Assembly: GCF_000196355.1 (NCBI RefSeq)
Contig: NC_007614.1
Location: forward strand, 420,001 to 452,000
Source: Nitrosospira multiformis ATCC 25196
Lineage (GTDB): Bacteria > Pseudomonadota > Gammaproteobacteria > Burkholderiales > Nitrosomonadaceae
Reading direction: 5' to 3'
Length of the DNA: 32,000 bases
Position 1 is the stretch's first letter. Every line of letters starts with the position of its first letter. Both the position numbers and the translations under genes were made by a program. Of this stretch, positions 1 through 10,485 are shown piece by piece. The notes beneath the pieces are model-generated. The model ran no database searches, was not told where the DNA came from, and saw only the letters and a list, made by a program, of their open reading frames with translations.

Positions 1-1
1 T

Positions 2-127
2 CTGAAGGACAATTGCCAAGCCTGGGAAATGGACAGCGAGGGTCGTTATCATCTGAGGCAGTCCGGTCAGCGCAAGAAGCAAAGTGCTCAGGAGACGCTG
101 CTGATGGAACTGGCCGCCGCGCAATAG
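2..127 (+). CDS. 3' end of an unidentified CDS entering from upstream of the window
   Basis: Frame 2 is open from the window edge (LKDNCQAWEMDSEGRYHLRQSGQRKKQSAQETLLMELAAAQ) and ends at TAG 125-127. The fragment is too short to assign a family. Confidence 0.3.
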   Translation: MKDNCQAWEMDSEGRYHLRQSGQRKKQSAQETLLMELAAAQ

Positions 128-198
128 AGGCGGTAGTTCTCAGGAATTTGGCGTTATGCCCTGGCAGTAAATAGCCGCTCCGATAATCGGAAAAAACC

Positions 199-1758
199 AT
201 GCCGCTCGAAATCGAACTCAAATTAAGATTATCACCCGAGGACGTCGGCCGGCTTCGAGGTGATCCGTTACTGACATCGCTTACTGTCTCCCGCCCCGTT
301 AGCCAGAAACTTTTCACTGCCTATTACGACACACCTGATCTGTATCTTCAGAGGCATCAGATGGCGCTCCGGTTGCGACATATCGGAAGAAAATGGATAC
401 AGTCCATCAAAGGAGGGGGGGAAGCTGCTCTTGGATTGCATCAGCGTCACGAATGGGAATCCATGGTGCCGACAGGGCGACCCGATTTCTCTCAAATAAC
501 CGATCCGTCTCTCATCCGCCTGTTCGACGGTGCCGAATCGCACGGTCAATTATGTGTTCTGTTTACGACCGACTTCCAGCGCAGCAAGCGCGTGTTGCGC
601 CTGGTGGACGGAAGCGAGATCGAATTTTCGCTGGATCGGGGAGTGATCAGAACGCCGGCTGATTTTACCAGCGAGATTTGTGAAATCGAGCTCGAACTGA
701 AGTCGGGAAGTGCGCAGTCGCTATACCAGTTCGCGCTGGATATATTGCACATCGTTCCTTTCAGATTGGAAAACACAAGCAAAGCCGAGCGGGGCTATAG
801 ACTCGTTACCGGCTTCAAACCCACGCCCATCAGGGCGGCAGCTGTTCGACTCGAAACGGAAATGAAATTGGGCGAAGCCATCAAGGTGATCGCTTGGAAT
901 TGCCTGGATCACTTGCATGGCAACGAGGCAGGCATGCTACAACACCAGGATCCGGAGTATCTGCACCAGATGCGCGTGGCATTACGCAGGATACGTACAG
1001 CCCGCCGTGTTTTTGCCCGGGCATTTGCTGCAACCGGGTTTGCTTCTGCCACCTCGGACTTGAAATGGCTATCGCGTTCCCTCGGGGGGGCGCGGGACTG
1101 GGACGTATTCGTATCGGAAACATTAAGCGAAGTGAGGAATTACTTTCATGAGCGCCCCGGTATTTTTGCCTTATGGGAAGAGTGCGAGCAGATACGGCAA
1201 AACCACAATGAGGCGGCATGTGAGGCGGTAGGATCTACCCGATACACGGAGGCAATGCTGAGGCTGGGGGCTTGGCTGAACGCTGAAATCCGGCTTCTGG
1301 CACCTGATTCGCAGCAGAGTGAATTGCGAAAGACTGGGTTGGAATGGCCGGTGAAGAAATTCGCAGACAGTGCGCTGTCGCATGGGCACGAAAAATTGAA
1401 AAAGTATTACAAAAGGGCGGAAGGGCAGAGTTCAGAGGCGGTACATGCCCTGCGCATTGCGGTGAAAGAACAGCGATATACCGCTGAATTTTTCTCAGAC
1501 CTGTATCGCCGAAAAAGGGTGAAGCGCTACATCAAGTCTCTGACTGGGTTGCAGGAAACGCTGGGCGCGGTAATTGATACTACCGTGACCGAACGATTGC
1601 TGAATGAAGTCGGAGTTGCTGAAGGCAGGGACGAGAATGACGGCATGTGCGAGGCAAGGGGTATTGTCCTCGGTTGGACCGTCCAGCGTGGACTGATGAA
1701 AAGAAGTGAGCTTGATGAGATATGGGGGGATTTCGCGAAAAAGGAAGTGTTCTGGTAG
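199..1758 (+). CDS. CYTH domain + CHAD domain protein (YgiF-like inorganic triphosphatase family)
   Basis: 519-aa ORF. The N-terminus MPLEIELKLRL carries the ExExK CYTH signature. The C-terminal half is helical and Arg/His-rich (LHQMRVALRRIRTARRVF, ALRIAVKEQRYTAEFF), as is typical of CHAD. Confidence 0.85.
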   Translation: MPLEIELKLRLSPEDVGRLRGDPLLTSLTVSRPVSQKLFTAYYDTPDLYLQRHQMALRLRHIGRKWIQSIKGGGEAALGLHQRHEWESMVPTGRPDFSQITDPSLIRLFDGAESHGQLCVLFTTDFQRSKRVLRLVDGSEIEFSLDRGVIRTPADFTSEICEIELELKSGSAQSLYQFALDILHIVPFRLENTSKAERGYRLVTGFKPTPIRAAAVRLETEMKLGEAIKVIAWNCLDHLHGNEAGMLQHQDPEYLHQMRVALRRIRTARRVFARAFAATGFASATSDLKWLSRSLGGARDWDVFVSETLSEVRNYFHERPGIFALWEECEQIRQNHNEAACEAVGSTRYTEAMLRLGAWLNAEIRLLAPDSQQSELRKTGLEWPVKKFADSALSHGHEKLKKYYKRAEGQSSEAVHALRIAVKEQRYTAEFFSDLYRRKRVKRYIKSLTGLQETLGAVIDTTVTERLLNEVGVAEGRDENDGMCEARGIVLGWTVQRGLMKRSELDEIWGDFAKKEVFW

Positions 1759-1861
1759 CCGCCCCAGCCTGCCGGGGTGGTGATTGCAAGTGCAAGATCG
1801 GGGCCAGCCGGCAGCTCTGGAAGTTCGAGCAATTCGACCGGGCACTTTAGCCTCCGGTAAT

Positions 1862-1892
1862 AAAAAGGCGAACCGTATCGGCTCGCCTTTTA
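1862..1892. terminator. Bidirectional rho-independent terminator between the convergent CYTH/CHAD and fba genes
   Basis: AAAAA-GGCGAACCG-TAT-CGGCTCGCC-TTTTAT. The stem is 9 bp with one mismatch (1867-1875 / 1879-1887), with an A-run on one side and a T-run on the other. Confidence 0.6.
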
Positions 1893-1964
1893 TCCCGTTC
1901 GAATTCCAGTTGCTTATAAAACCAGCGCTGGCGGTTGAACTGGTGGAACTGTCAGTTTGCCTGA

Positions 1965-3029
1965 TTACTTGATGACGGCTTTCAATTCCCCCTTCGCGTA
2001 TTTGCCCGCCATGTTGTCCAGAGCAATGGGTTTGATTTTAGCCGCCTGTCCCGCACACCCAAACGCTTCAAAGCGCGCCTTGCAAATGTCCCTGGCTGCG
2101 GCAGTCGCGTCCTTCAGATATTTACGCGGGTCGAATTCGCTCTTGTTCTTGGCAAGATGACGCCGTATCGCACCGGTCATCGCCAATCGGATATCGGTAT
2201 CGATATTGACCTTGCGTACGCCGTATTTGATCCCTTCCTGGATTTCCTCGACTGGAACACCATAGGTTTCTTTCATCTCTCCACCGTATTCACGGATGAT
2301 GTCGAGCCAATCCTGCGGCACGGAGCTGGAGCCATGCATCACCAGATGAGTATTGGGAATGCGGGCATGAATTTCTTTTATGCGCTCGATGGCGAGAATA
2401 TCTCCCGTTGGCTTGCGCGTAAACTTGTAGGCGCCATGAGAAGTGCCGATGGCGATTGCCAATGCATCCACACCCGTTTGCTTGACGAAGTCGGCCGCCT
2501 GTTCCGGATCGGTCAGCAGTTGATCATGGGACAGCTTGCCTTCGGCGCCATGGCCATCTTCCGCTTCACCCATGCCGGATTCCAGAGAACCGAGACACCC
2601 GAGTTCACCCTCGACGGAAACACCCACCGCATGGGCCATTTCCACCACCTTGCCTGTGACTTCAACATTGTATTCATAGGAAGAGGGCGTCTTCGCGTCC
2701 GCTTCAAGGGATCCATCCATCATGACGCTGGAGAAGCCGCTGCGAATGGCATTGACGCAAACCGCGGGCGAAGCGCCATGATCCTGGTGCATGACGATGG
2801 GAATGTGCGGATAGGCCTCTACGGCTGCGGCAATAAGGTGGCGCAGAAAGGGTTCCCCGGCATATTTACGCGCCCCTGCTGAGCCCTGCATGATCACCGG
2901 GCTGTCGCATTCATCCGCAGCCTGCATGATTGCGTGAATCTGCTCCAGATTGTTGACGTTGAAAGCAGGCAGGCCATAGCCATTTTCTGCCGCGTGATCC
3001 AAAAGTTGACGCAATGATACGAGTGCCAT
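1965..3029 (-). CDS. fba: Fructose-1,6-bisphosphate aldolase, class II (Calvin-cycle/CbbA-type length)
   Basis: 354-aa ORF with [35 protein letters not shown] and GTSHGAYKF motifs. A strong SD (GAGGAGG) lies upstream. Confidence 0.95.
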   Translation of the reverse strand: MALVSLRQLLDHAAENGYGLPAFNVNNLEQIHAIMQAADECDSPVIMQGSAGARKYAGEPFLRHLIAAAVEAYPHIPIVMHQDHGASPAVCVNAIRSGFSSVMMDGSLEADAKTPSSYEYNVEVTGKVVEMAHAVGVSVEGELGCLGSLESGMGEAEDGHGAEGKLSHDQLLTDPEQAADFVKQTGVDALAIAIGTSHGAYKFTRKPTGDILAIERIKEIHARIPNTHLVMHGSSSVPQDWLDIIREYGGEMKETYGVPVEEIQEGIKYGVRKVNIDTDIRLAMTGAIRRHLAKNKSEFDPRKYLKDATAAARDICKARFEAFGCAGQAAKIKPIALDNMAGKYAKGELKAVIK

Positions 3030-3111
3030 TAGAACCTCCTCAAAGTTAGAATCAGTGTATATGGTAAAACATCACAGGCAGTGAAAAGATCGAGACGAAT
3101 ATCTGCACTGC

Positions 3112-4566
3112 TCAGGATTCCACCTTCCGTTCCTGTTTTCTGTGCTCGCCGACCTTCACTATTTTCATCGTATTGGTGCCGCCTGCCTTGCCCACCGGTT
3201 CACCGATGGTCATGATCATTAGGTCGCCGTTGCGTACCGCGCCTCGTCTGAGCAACTCGTTTTCGGCATGATTCAGGATGATCTCCGGGTCGTTCGAGCC
3301 TCCGCCGAACTTGACGGGGTACACACCCCGAAATAACGTCATCTTGCGCCGTGTATCTTCCTGGGGACTCAGCGCGAATATGGGTACGGTGGAACTCCTG
3401 CGCGACATCAGCAACACGGTCCTGCCGCTTTGTGTAAGCGCCGCAATGGCCCTGATCTTCAATCCTCCTGCGGTGAACATGGTCGCACGGGCAATTGCTT
3501 CCTCGATATTGTCGGGCAGGCCGCCCTGCAGCCGTCGGTTTTCGCTGCTTACCAGGTATTCCTTTTCCGCCTCCAGGCATACCCTCGCCATCGCCGCAAC
3601 CGCTTCAACGGGATATTGGCCGGTGGCCGATTCCGCTGACAGCATCACCCCATCAGTGCCATCCAATACCGCATTTGCTACATCCGATACCTCCGCGCGG
3701 GTAGGGATGGGACTGCTGACCATGGACTCCATCATCTGGGTAGCTGTTACCACCAGCTTGTTCTTGGTTCGGGCAGTGCGAATCATTCGTTTTTGCAATG
3801 CCGGCACCGCTGCATCGCCTACCTCTACCGCAAGGTCTCCGCGCGCAACCATGATCGCATCGGAAGCCTCCAGAATGTCATCCAGCGCCAGGATGGCTTC
3901 CGATCGTTCGATCTTCGCCATCAATAAGCTTTTTCCGCCCGCCTCGCGCATCACATCGCGTGCCCAGCGCATATCATCGCCAGAACGGGGAAATGATACC
4001 GCCAGATAGTCGGCTTTAAGCGCTGCGGCCGTTCGGATATCTTCCACGTCCTTGCCGGTGAGGGCAGGAGCACTCAGGCCGCCGCCTTTGCGGTTGATTC
4101 CCTTGTTGTTGGACAGTATCCCACCTTGCTCAACCACGCAATAAACCTGGCTTCCCTTGACTTCGGAAACGCCGAGCACGATGCGTCCATCATCCAGGAT
4201 CAGTGTTGCACCGGTCTCGACATCATTGGGCAGTTCCTTGTAATCCAGGCCCACCCGTTCCTGGTTTCCAAGCTCGCATTCGGCGTCGAGTATGAATTGA
4301 TCGCCCGTTTTCAGCAGAATTTTATTATTTTCAAATTTGCCGATTCGAATCTTGGGTCCCTGCAAGTCCGCCAGCACACCTACTGCGTGGCCAGCGGCAC
4401 GTGCGAGGGAGCGCGCCAACTCGGCGCCTTCGATATGCTCTTCCCTGGTCCCATGGGAAAAGTTGATGCGTACTACATCAACGCCGGCGTTTATCATTCG
4501 CTCCAGCACCTTTGCATCTCGGGATGCGGGACCAAGTGTTGCTACGATTTTTGTTCTTCGAATCAT
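3112..4566 (-). CDS. pyk: Pyruvate kinase
   Basis: 484-aa ORF with MIRRTKIVATLGPAS, DLQGPKIR, MVARGDLAVE and TQMMESM motifs. Confidence 0.95.
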   Translation of the reverse strand: MIRRTKIVATLGPASRDAKVLERMINAGVDVVRINFSHGTREEHIEGAELARSLARAAGHAVGVLADLQGPKIRIGKFENNKILLKTGDQFILDAECELGNQERVGLDYKELPNDVETGATLILDDGRIVLGVSEVKGSQVYCVVEQGGILSNNKGINRKGGGLSAPALTGKDVEDIRTAAALKADYLAVSFPRSGDDMRWARDVMREAGGKSLLMAKIERSEAILALDDILEASDAIMVARGDLAVEVGDAAVPALQKRMIRTARTKNKLVVTATQMMESMVSSPIPTRAEVSDVANAVLDGTDGVMLSAESATGQYPVEAVAAMARVCLEAEKEYLVSSENRRLQGGLPDNIEEAIARATMFTAGGLKIRAIAALTQSGRTVLLMSRRSSTVPIFALSPQEDTRRKMTLFRGVYPVKFGGGSNDPEIILNHAENELLRRGAVRNGDLMIMTIGEPVGKAGGTNTMKIVKVGEHRKQERKVES

Positions 4567-4622
4567 TCTGATGAGGGCACGCGTTGAACCGGCATATCAA
4601 GCCGCATATTCGCTACCTGGAC

Positions 4623-5810
4623 CTATCTGCTGCCGGCTGCGCGCTGTTCGAGTATTTCCACGGCAGGTAACTTCTTGCCTTCCAGAAATTCCAGAAAGGC
4701 TCCCCCCGCAGTGGAAATGTAAGAAACCCTGTCATAAATATCGTATTTCTGGATAGCGGCAATGGTATCTCCCCCCCCTGCCAGGGTAAAGGCATCGGTA
4801 TCGGCGATAGCCATGGCAATGGTTTTGGTGCCTTCACCGAATTGATCGAACTCGAACACTCCGACGGGGCCGTTCCATACTACGGTACCGGCTTTCATGA
4901 TGATGTCCGACAACTCGCGGGCACTCTTCGGGCCGATATCGAATATCATATCGTCATCTGTTACCGCATCTGCATTCTTCAATACCGCCGGTTCACTGGC
5001 GTCGAATTTTTTCCCGACGACAACGTCAACGGCAATTGGAATGGTCGCATTCCGCTTTGCCATTTTTTCCATGAGCATTTTGGCGATGGGAACCAGATCA
5101 TCTTCGCACAGGGATTTTCCAACGTTCTGTCCCGCCGCTTTGAGGAAGGTATTGGCGATGCCGCCCCCCACCACCAGTTGATCCACTTTTTCTGACAGGG
5201 ATTCCAGAACGGTCAATTTTGTCGAGACCTTCGAGCCTCCGACGATCGCCACCATGGGGCGGGCTGGATTCAACAACGCCTTGGTCAGCGCGTCCAGCTC
5301 TTCTGTAAGCAGAATGCCCGCGCAGGCAACAGGAGCGTATTTGGCAATGCCATAGGTCGATGCTTCGGCCCGATGCGCTGTGCCAAACGCATCCATCACA
5401 AATACATCGCACAGCTTTGCATATTTCTGGGCCGTTTCATCTGCATTTTTCTTTTCCCCCTTATTGAAGCGGCAATTTTCGAGGATGACCAGTTCGCCTT
5501 CGGCCACGTCGAAGTTGCCGTCCACCCAATCCTTGATCAGGCGCGCCGGCTTGCCGAGACGTTCGGAAATATTGTCGGCTACCGGTTTGAGCGAATTTTC
5601 TTCTGACCATACGCCCTCTTCCGGTCGTCCCAGATGGGAGGTAACCATTACTTTGCCGCCTTGCTTCAGGCAGTAGTCGATGGTACCCATGGAGGCGCTG
5701 ATGCGTGCGTCGGAGGTAACTTTGCCATCTTTCACGGGCACATTGAGGTCGGCGCGGATGAACACGCGCTTGCCTTTCAGATCAAGGTCGGTGACTCTAA
5801 TGACAGACAC
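4623..5810 (-). CDS. pgk: Phosphoglycerate kinase (GTG start)
   Basis: 395-aa ORF with [17 protein letters not shown] and [14 protein letters not shown]-like motifs. GGAG lies 7 nt upstream of the GTG at 5810. Confidence 0.95.
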   Translation of the reverse strand: MSVIRVTDLDLKGKRVFIRADLNVPVKDGKVTSDARISASMGTIDYCLKQGGKVMVTSHLGRPEEGVWSEENSLKPVADNISERLGKPARLIKDWVDGNFDVAEGELVILENCRFNKGEKKNADETAQKYAKLCDVFVMDAFGTAHRAEASTYGIAKYAPVACAGILLTEELDALTKALLNPARPMVAIVGGSKVSTKLTVLESLSEKVDQLVVGGGIANTFLKAAGQNVGKSLCEDDLVPIAKMLMEKMAKRNATIPIAVDVVVGKKFDASEPAVLKNADAVTDDDMIFDIGPKSARELSDIIMKAGTVVWNGPVGVFEFDQFGEGTKTIAMAIADTDAFTLAGGGDTIAAIQKYDIYDRVSYISTAGGAFLEFLEGKKLPAVEILEQRAAGSR

Positions 5811-5833
5811 TGGGGAACTCCACGTTTTAAGAC

Positions 5834-5858
5834 ATAAGGAAGTCTAGGGATTCCTTAT
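5834..5858 (-). other. Intercistronic stem-loop (gap-pgk spacer)
   Basis: ATAAGGAA (5834-5841) pairs with TTCCTTAT (5851-5858), giving an 8-bp stem and a 9-nt loop. Confidence 0.35.
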
Positions 5859-5887
5859 GATGAATTGAAGAGAAGGACAGGGATCAG

Positions 5888-5919
5888 GGGGAAGAAAAAC
5901 GATTCCGAGTTTCTTCCCC
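5888..5919 (-). other. Intercistronic stem-loop just downstream of gap
   Basis: GGGGAAGAAA (5888-5897) pairs perfectly with TTTCTTCCCC (5910-5919), with a 12-nt loop. No clear U-run follows on the minus strand, so I do not call it a terminator. Confidence 0.4.
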
Positions 5920-5940
5920 GTGTGACGAATTGGTCCTCTG

Positions 5941-6945
<1,005 letters not shown>

Positions 6946-6976
6946 TTACACTCCTTGGATAAAAAAAGAACCTCGG

Positions 6977-7000
6977 ACGCGGAGAAAATTTTCTCCGCGT
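6977..7000 (-). terminator. Terminator-like/attenuator hairpin between tkt and gap
   Basis: Perfect palindrome ACGCGGAGAAAATTTTCTCCGCGT (12-bp arms). On the minus strand a T7 run follows, but only after a 9-nt gap, so termination is probably partial. Confidence 0.4.
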
Positions 7001-7022
7001 TTCGGCTGGCAATTGGTCAGAA

Positions 7023-9044
7023 TTAAATGACGCTGTTTACCGCCTTTATCACATTCTCTACGGTGATGCCGAAGTGCTTGAACAGCTCTCCAGCCGGCGC
7101 GGACTCGCCGAAGGTATCGATACCGACCACTGCTCCCTCCAGGCCTACATACTTGCGCCAGTAATCCGTCACGCCTGCTTCCACCGCCACGCGCCCTATA
7201 CCCTTGGGGAGCACGCTGCTTTTATAATCGACATCCTGGCGATCGAATACGTTCGTGCAGGGCATCGAAACGACGCGCACATGAATTCCCGTTTCGGCCA
7301 GCGCTTTTTGCGCCATCATCGCCAGGCCGACTTCCGAACCTGTGGCAATGATGACTGCCCGCGGTTGATTGTCGGAGGCTTCCGACAGGATATAGCCGCC
7401 CTTATCGATCAGCTTGATCGTATTCCCTTCGCGTTTCTGAAAGGGAAGGTTCTGGCGGCTGAAAATCAGTGTGGAGGGGCCATCCTTGCGCTCGATTGCC
7501 CGTGCCCAGGCGACGGTCGACTCGACCGTATCGCACGGACGCCACACATCCATGTTGGGGATGTAGCGCAATGTGGCGGTCTGTTCCACCGGCTGGTGGG
7601 TAGGACCATCTTCGCCCAAACCGATGGAATCATGGGTGAATACGAACAGGCAGCGTATTTTCATCAGGGCGGCCATGCGAAGCGCATTCCGCGCATATTC
7701 TGAGAACATGAGGAAAGTGGCGCCGTAAGGAATGATTCCGCCATGCAGCGCCAGCCCGTTCATGATGGCGCTCATGCCGAATTCGCGCACGCCGTAATAT
7801 ACGTAGTTGCCGCCATCCTGCCGGGCGATGCCTTTTGAACCCGACCAGAGGGTAAGGTTCGATCCGGCCAGATCTGCCGAGCCGCCGACCAGTTCCGGCA
7901 ACTTGGGTGCCAGTCCTTCAATCGCATTCTGCGATGCCTTGCGGCTTGCAATGGTTTCTTCCTTTGCATGAACACGTGCAACCAGGCCATCCACGTGCTC
8001 CTGCCACCCCTCCGGCAGTTCACCTGCCATCCGCCGACTGAATTCGGCCGCTTCAGTCGGATATTTCGCAGCGTACTCTGCGAACTTGCGATTCCAGCCG
8101 TCTTCCAGCTTTTGTCCTTTTGCGCGCGCATCCCAGTTCTGGTAGACATCCTCGGGGATCTCGAATGGCAGGTGATTCCACCCGATATGCGGGCGCGCAG
8201 CGGCTATTTCCAAGTCCCCCAGCGCCGCGCCGTGCACCTCGTGAGTATTTGCCTTGTTGGGCGAGCCCATTCCGATCACGGTCTTGCAGCAGATCATGGA
8301 AGGTTTGTCCACGGCCTGCTTGGCAGCTTCGATGGCGGCCTCTATCGCTACCGGATCATGTCCGTTGACATTCGGCACAACATGCCAACCATAGGCTTCG
8401 AAGCGTTTGGGCGTGTCGTCTGTGAACCATCCCTCCACATGCCCATCGATGGAAATGCCGTTGTCGTCATAAAAACAGATCAGCTTGCCCAGCCCCAATG
8501 TGCCTGCAAGCGAGCAGGCCTCATGGGAAATACCCTCCATCAGGCAGCCATCGCCCAGGAATACATAGGTATGGTGATTGACGATATCGAAGCCGGGACG
8601 GTTGAATTCCGAGGCAAGTATTTTCTCTGCCAGAGCCATTCCCACAGCATTGGTGATCCCCTGGCCCAGCGGACCTGTGGTCGTCTCGACGCCGGGTGTA
8701 TAACCATATTCCGGATGGCCGGGAGTCTTGGAATGAAGCTGACGGAAACGCTTGATTTCCTCCATCGGCAAATCGTAGCCCGTGAGGTGCAGCAGGGCGT
8801 AAATGAGCATGGATCCGTGCCCATTGGACAAAACGAAGCGGTCACGGTCGGCCCACTTCGGATTTGCCGGATTATGGCGTAGGTGATGTATCCACAATAC
8901 CTCAGCGATCTCAGCCATGCCCATAGGCATTCCCGGATGGCCCGAGTTGGCTTTTTGCACGGCATCCATCGCCAGTGCACGGATGGCGCTGGTCAGGTTC
9001 TTGAATACCGGCGCTTCAAAATCTCGAAATGTTCCCATGAACAT
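7023..9044 (-). CDS. tkt: Transketolase
   Basis: 673-aa ORF with [45 protein letters not shown] and the [16 protein letters not shown] motif. The start could instead be the second ATG at 9038, because the GGGAG spacing is 4 nt versus 10 nt. Confidence 0.95.
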   Translation of the reverse strand: MFMGTFRDFEAPVFKNLTSAIRALAMDAVQKANSGHPGMPMGMAEIAEVLWIHHLRHNPANPKWADRDRFVLSNGHGSMLIYALLHLTGYDLPMEEIKRFRQLHSKTPGHPEYGYTPGVETTTGPLGQGITNAVGMALAEKILASEFNRPGFDIVNHHTYVFLGDGCLMEGISHEACSLAGTLGLGKLICFYDDNGISIDGHVEGWFTDDTPKRFEAYGWHVVPNVNGHDPVAIEAAIEAAKQAVDKPSMICCKTVIGMGSPNKANTHEVHGAALGDLEIAAARPHIGWNHLPFEIPEDVYQNWDARAKGQKLEDGWNRKFAEYAAKYPTEAAEFSRRMAGELPEGWQEHVDGLVARVHAKEETIASRKASQNAIEGLAPKLPELVGGSADLAGSNLTLWSGSKGIARQDGGNYVYYGVREFGMSAIMNGLALHGGIIPYGATFLMFSEYARNALRMAALMKIRCLFVFTHDSIGLGEDGPTHQPVEQTATLRYIPNMDVWRPCDTVESTVAWARAIERKDGPSTLIFSRQNLPFQKREGNTIKLIDKGGYILSEASDNQPRAVIIATGSEVGLAMMAQKALAETGIHVRVVSMPCTNVFDRQDVDYKSSVLPKGIGRVAVEAGVTDYWRKYVGLEGAVVGIDTFGESAPAGELFKHFGITVENVIKAVNSVI

Positions 9045-9075
9045 GAACTCCCTAGCTCAACAATTTATACGCACA

Positions 9076-9100
9076 CAAAAACACCGCTCAAATAGCGGTG
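9076..9100 (-). terminator. Rho-independent terminator downstream of ntrX
   Basis: Minus strand reads CACCGCT-ATTTG-AGCGGTG followed by TTTTTGTGTG. The stem is at 9082-9088 / 9094-9100. Confidence 0.6.
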
Positions 9101-9177
9101 CGGGTCGGCAAAACCATTATTATCTCTTAAGATAGGATGCCAGACAATATGACAACTCCGATTGTAGAGAATGAATC

Positions 9178-10428
9178 TCAATTCCCGCGCAGCCTGATGC
9201 CGAGCAGTTTGAGCTTGCGGTACAGATGGGTGCGCTCCAGGCCGGCACGTTCCGCCACTCGGGTCATATTGCCGTTTTCCTGTTCGATAAGCTGTTCAAA
9301 ATACGTTTTTTCGAACATGTCCCGCGCTTCACGCAACGGTATGTCGAGCGGGATACCCGCCACTGCCTGTGAAGGCGAGGAAGGGACCAGTATCTGTTTT
9401 ACGTCTTCTGCCGATATTTCATCGCTGGTGCAACTCAGCGCAAGGGTATGCACTGCGCCCGTCAATTGTGCGAGATTTCCGGGCCAGTCGTGATTTCGCA
9501 GGCAGTTGAGGGCAGCGGTGCTGAACTGTCGCAACGGAACGTCTCCTGATTCGATGTAACGCGAGAGTATCTGGGTCGCGAGTTCGGGAATGTCTTCCCG
9601 ATGCTCCCTTAGTGCGGGCACGTTGATGCAAAGTCCGCTCAGCATCTCATACAGCTTGGGGTCGTAGACCCCTTGAGCTGCCAGGCTGGCAAGCGGCGTG
9701 GAGGTCACGCATACGAGCCGGACACTGTATCTTTCCAGCTTGCCCAGCAGCAGCAACAGTCCTTTTTGCGCCAGTTTGTTGAGCTCGTCGATTTCCTTGA
9801 GAAAAAGCAATCCTCCTTTTGCTTGTTCAAGTAACTCAAACGGAGCATTCGACAGGGTGGCGAGAGTATCGGGTTCTACCCAAGGTGTATTTGGCTCGTG
9901 CAGAAAGCGGGCGCACAGATCCACGCCCGTTCCCGGTTCACTTATGAGGAGCACCGGTGCCGTGAGGCTGGCAACCTGTTCCAGCCGTCTTTTCAGGTCT
10001 GTAATCAGCGCCCCTCGTCCCAGGCTTGCCAGGGGAAGTGTCATGCGCGGCTTGGCCTGCCCGCTGCGCAACGCCCGGCCGACTGTGCTCAGCAGTTTTT
10101 GCAGCGGTACCGGTTTCTCGAGATAGGCCGCTGCCCCCATGCGCGTGGCTTCTACCGCTGTGTCGATTGTGCCGTGGCCCGACATCATCACCACCGGCAT
10201 GGTGAGAAGTCCGCTGCTGACCCATTCTTTCAGCAGAGTGATGCCGTCGGTATCCGGCATCCAGATATCCAGCAATACCAGATCGGGGCGAGCCTGTTTC
10301 CGCCATGCGCGCGCCTGTGCGGCATTTTCTGCCAGGGCGACGCGATAACCCTCATCCCGGAGGATTTCGGACAAAAGCTCACGGATGCCGATTTCATCGT
10401 CAACGATCAGTATCGTATTGTTGCTCAT
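9178..10428 (-). CDS. ntrX: NtrX-type response regulator (REC + degenerate AAA+ + HTH)
   Basis: REC domain (ILIVDDEIGIRELL, DLVLLDIWMPDTDG), an NtrC-like central domain (REHREDIPELA, WPGNLAQL) and a C-terminal Fis-type HTH. I chose the ATG at 10428 (MSNNTILIVDDE) over the ORF-track start at 10476. The gene lies directly downstream of ntrY. Confidence 0.85.
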   Translation of the reverse strand: MSNNTILIVDDEIGIRELLSEILRDEGYRVALAENAAQARAWRKQARPDLVLLDIWMPDTDGITLLKEWVSSGLLTMPVVMMSGHGTIDTAVEATRMGAAAYLEKPVPLQKLLSTVGRALRSGQAKPRMTLPLASLGRGALITDLKRRLEQVASLTAPVLLISEPGTGVDLCARFLHEPNTPWVEPDTLATLSNAPFELLEQAKGGLLFLKEIDELNKLAQKGLLLLLGKLERYSVRLVCVTSTPLASLAAQGVYDPKLYEMLSGLCINVPALREHREDIPELATQILSRYIESGDVPLRQFSTAALNCLRNHDWPGNLAQLTGAVHTLALSCTSDEISAEDVKQILVPSSPSQAVAGIPLDIPLREARDMFEKTYFEQLIEQENGNMTRVAERAGLERTHLYRKLKLLGIRLRGN

Positions 10429-10485
10429 AATTCCAGGAATAGATTTGCTTGCCACGGAAATGAAATTGAACGTCAAGCTTACCTC

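Noticed and set aside
2157-2882. 241-aa plus-strand ORF antisense to fba. Similar long antisense ORFs occur at 3278-4009 (opposite pyk), 7968-8882 and 7074-7703 (opposite tkt), 9898-10497 (opposite ntrX), 14545-15258 (opposite fmt), 16869-17546 (opposite dprA), 19168-19809 (opposite topB) and 20852-21943 (opposite KAS).
   Set aside because: Each lies opposite a gene with unambiguous family motifs. Their translations are low-complexity and Arg/Gly/His-rich with no recognisable motifs. This is typical of shadow ORFs in moderately GC-rich DNA.
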